NCBI GenBank assembly: GCA_963665665.1
Contig: OY762428.1
Location: 3,424,001-3,488,000, forward strand
Direction of reading: 5' to 3'
DNA: 64,000 bases
From: Candidatus Kapaibacterium sp.
GTDB lineage: Bacteria > Bacteroidota > Ignavibacteria > Kapaibacteriales > UBA2268
Both the position numbers and the translations under genes were made by a program. Below are positions 62,454-64,000 of the stretch, piece by piece; position 1 is the stretch's first letter, and each line of letters begins with the position of its first letter. Under the pieces are notes generated by a model. The model was not told the DNA's origin and made no database searches. It saw only the letters and a list, made by a program, of their open reading frames with translations.

Positions 62454-64000
62454 TCAAAATTTAAAACTTAGTCCGAGAGTAGGTATTATCGGGAATAGTG
62501 TGAGTTGTTTTAACTTTTTAACATCTTTCCAAACCAATATTCCGGTATCAGGGTCTTCAACTTCCTCGTAGTCATAATCAATATACCAGGTAAATGGATT
62601 TCGGTTATTATATGCATTATAGATATTGATTGAAAGGGTGAAGGGGAGGCCAAACCACTTGTAATTATACATAAAATTCAAATCCAGCCTGTGGTAGGCC
62701 GGGAGCCTGAATGCATTCCTGTCAGTATAAAGCGTTCCCTCGGAAGACCAGTAGTAATGGGGATCGGAATCATCATCGAACCCAACCGGATCGAACATAA
62801 ATGCAGCCGATGGCATTGTGAATGCCTGGCCGGTTCCGTACACCCAGGCTGCACCGAGTTCCCAGCTTTCGCCAAGACGGTAATTAAACGTAAGGCTTAT
62901 GTCATGCCTGCGGTCGTATCGGGGGTAGAACCATTTCGATTCGTTCAATTCGTCGAACTGTCTTTTTGTCCAGGCAAGTGTGTATCCAAGCCAGCCGGTG
63001 AAACTCCCAACCTGCTTATGAAAGAATAGCTCGAATCCGTAAGCAACCCCTTGTCCGCCAGTGAACTGTGATTCCACGGGTATTCCGAAAGTGAATTCTG
63101 CATCGTCTTTATATTCATAGAGGTTCTGCATATCTTTGTAGTAAATTTCTGCGGTAAGAAGATACTCCTCGTCGAAAAGCATGGTTTCTATTCCAAGAAC
63201 ACCCTGCCAGGACTGGCTGGGTTTTACCTTGTCATTTGAAGGAAACCAGAGGTCTGTTGGCAGGTTAATATCGTTTCTTGTCAGCAGATGCACGCATTGG
63301 TTTGCATAGGCAAGCGATGCTTTCAGGAAAACATCGCCGTTCAGTGCGTATGAAGCTGAAAGCCGTGGTTCAAGACTCAGATAATCAGCTTCCTGGAAAT
63401 AATATAGCCTAAGCCCCATGTTTGTATTCAGCCTGTCGGATATTTTCCATTCATCCTGGGCAAAAATGGCTGCTTCCAACGAGTTTATTCTTGTTTCCTT
63501 AATTTCAATAAAGTCATTGATATTTTCACTGGAATTTACTTCAGAAAGGAATCTGTGATAAGTAGCTTCGGCCCCGAATTTTAAAATATGAGATTCATCA
63601 GGAAAGTACTCGGCATTTGCTTTCAGCATAATATCTTCAATGCCGGAATTTGTTTCAAAGAAATCCCGTGAATCTTTAAAACCTGATATGAAATTATAGT
63701 CTGTGTATATCAGGGAGAAATTTGTAAACAGGGAGGGGCTTACAATATGCATCCAGCGCAGGTTAGCTGTTTTGTTTCCCCAGTCGATCGAGAAATCATC
63801 ATCTTCTTCCTCGGGGGGCGACATAACGTCCCTTCCGAAATATCCGCTGAAGAAAATATGATCGTTTTCGGATATTTTAATATTAGTTTTTGCATTAAGA
63901 TCATAGAAATAATAACCAATAGTGTTCTCAGCACCTCCAAGGGCCGTTAGAATATCAAGGTACATTCTGCGGCCTGAAACCATGAATGTGGCATCCTCGG
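62454..64000 (-). CDS. TonB-dependent receptor, 5'-truncated by window edge
   Basis: SGRRMY, YFYDLNAK, EPRLSASY, YDRRHD, RLPAYHRLD, YNAYN, terminal FKF. Confidence 0.9.
   Translation of the reverse strand, partial: EDATFMVSGRRMYLDILTALGGAENTIGYYFYDLNAKTNIKISENDHIFFSGYFGRDVMSPPEEEDDDFSIDWGNKTANLRWMHIVSPSLFTNFSLIYTDYNFISGFKDSRDFFETNSGIEDIMLKANAEYFPDESHILKFGAEATYHRFLSEVNSSENINDFIEIKETRINSLEAAIFAQDEWKISDRLNTNMGLRLYYFQEADYLSLEPRLSASYALNGDVFLKASLAYANQCVHLLTRNDINLPTDLWFPSNDKVKPSQSWQGVLGIETMLFDEEYLLTAEIYYKDMQNLYEYKDDAEFTFGIPVESQFTGGQGVAYGFELFFHKQVGSFTGWLGYTLAWTKRQFDELNESKWFYPRYDRRHDISLTFNYRLGESWELGAAWVYGTGQAFTMPSAAFMFDPVGFDDDSDPHYYWSSEGTLYTDRNAFRLPAYHRLDLNFMYNYKWFGLPFTLSINIYNAYNNRNPFTWYIDYDYEEVEDPDTGILVWKDVKKLKQLTLFPIIPTLGLSFKF

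Overview
Bacterial chromosomal window, AT-rich. It is most consistent with the Bacteroidota/Chlorobi/Ignavibacteria/Kapabacteria group (inference from four proteins with T9SS-like C-terminal domains and TAnnTTTG promoter boxes). Housekeeping genes are pyrF, ppk1, cysS, ispH, cmk, plsY, prfB with its programmed +1 frameshift, thpR, maf and thrS. An expanded rnf operon runs rnfCDGEA, a Tat/NusG-II protein, apbE, rnfB, rseC. The window also has a LytTR two-component pair, an ABC transporter and outer-membrane proteins. The standout is a small gene overlapping the cysS stop codon (26775-27176): signal peptide + near-perfect eukaryotic ubiquitin (69/76 residues identical to human ubiquitin by my hand alignment, GG replaced by PP) + an IPTL-CTERM-like exosortase sorting tail, i.e. 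a candidate surface-anchored, non-conjugatable ubiquitin. Other accessory content: two oppositely oriented 21-bp tandem arrays in a 2-kb island bounded by direct repeats, duplicated mosaics of REP-like palindromes, paralogous beta-propeller T9SS genes sharing an upstream block, decayed RelE and HepT toxins, a stand-alone RelA/SpoT synthetase, tandem Rpn genes, and an ECF sigma factor that seems to need a non-canonical start. No rRNA, tRNA or CRISPR array was seen. All calls are from motif recognition by eye; no searches were run.
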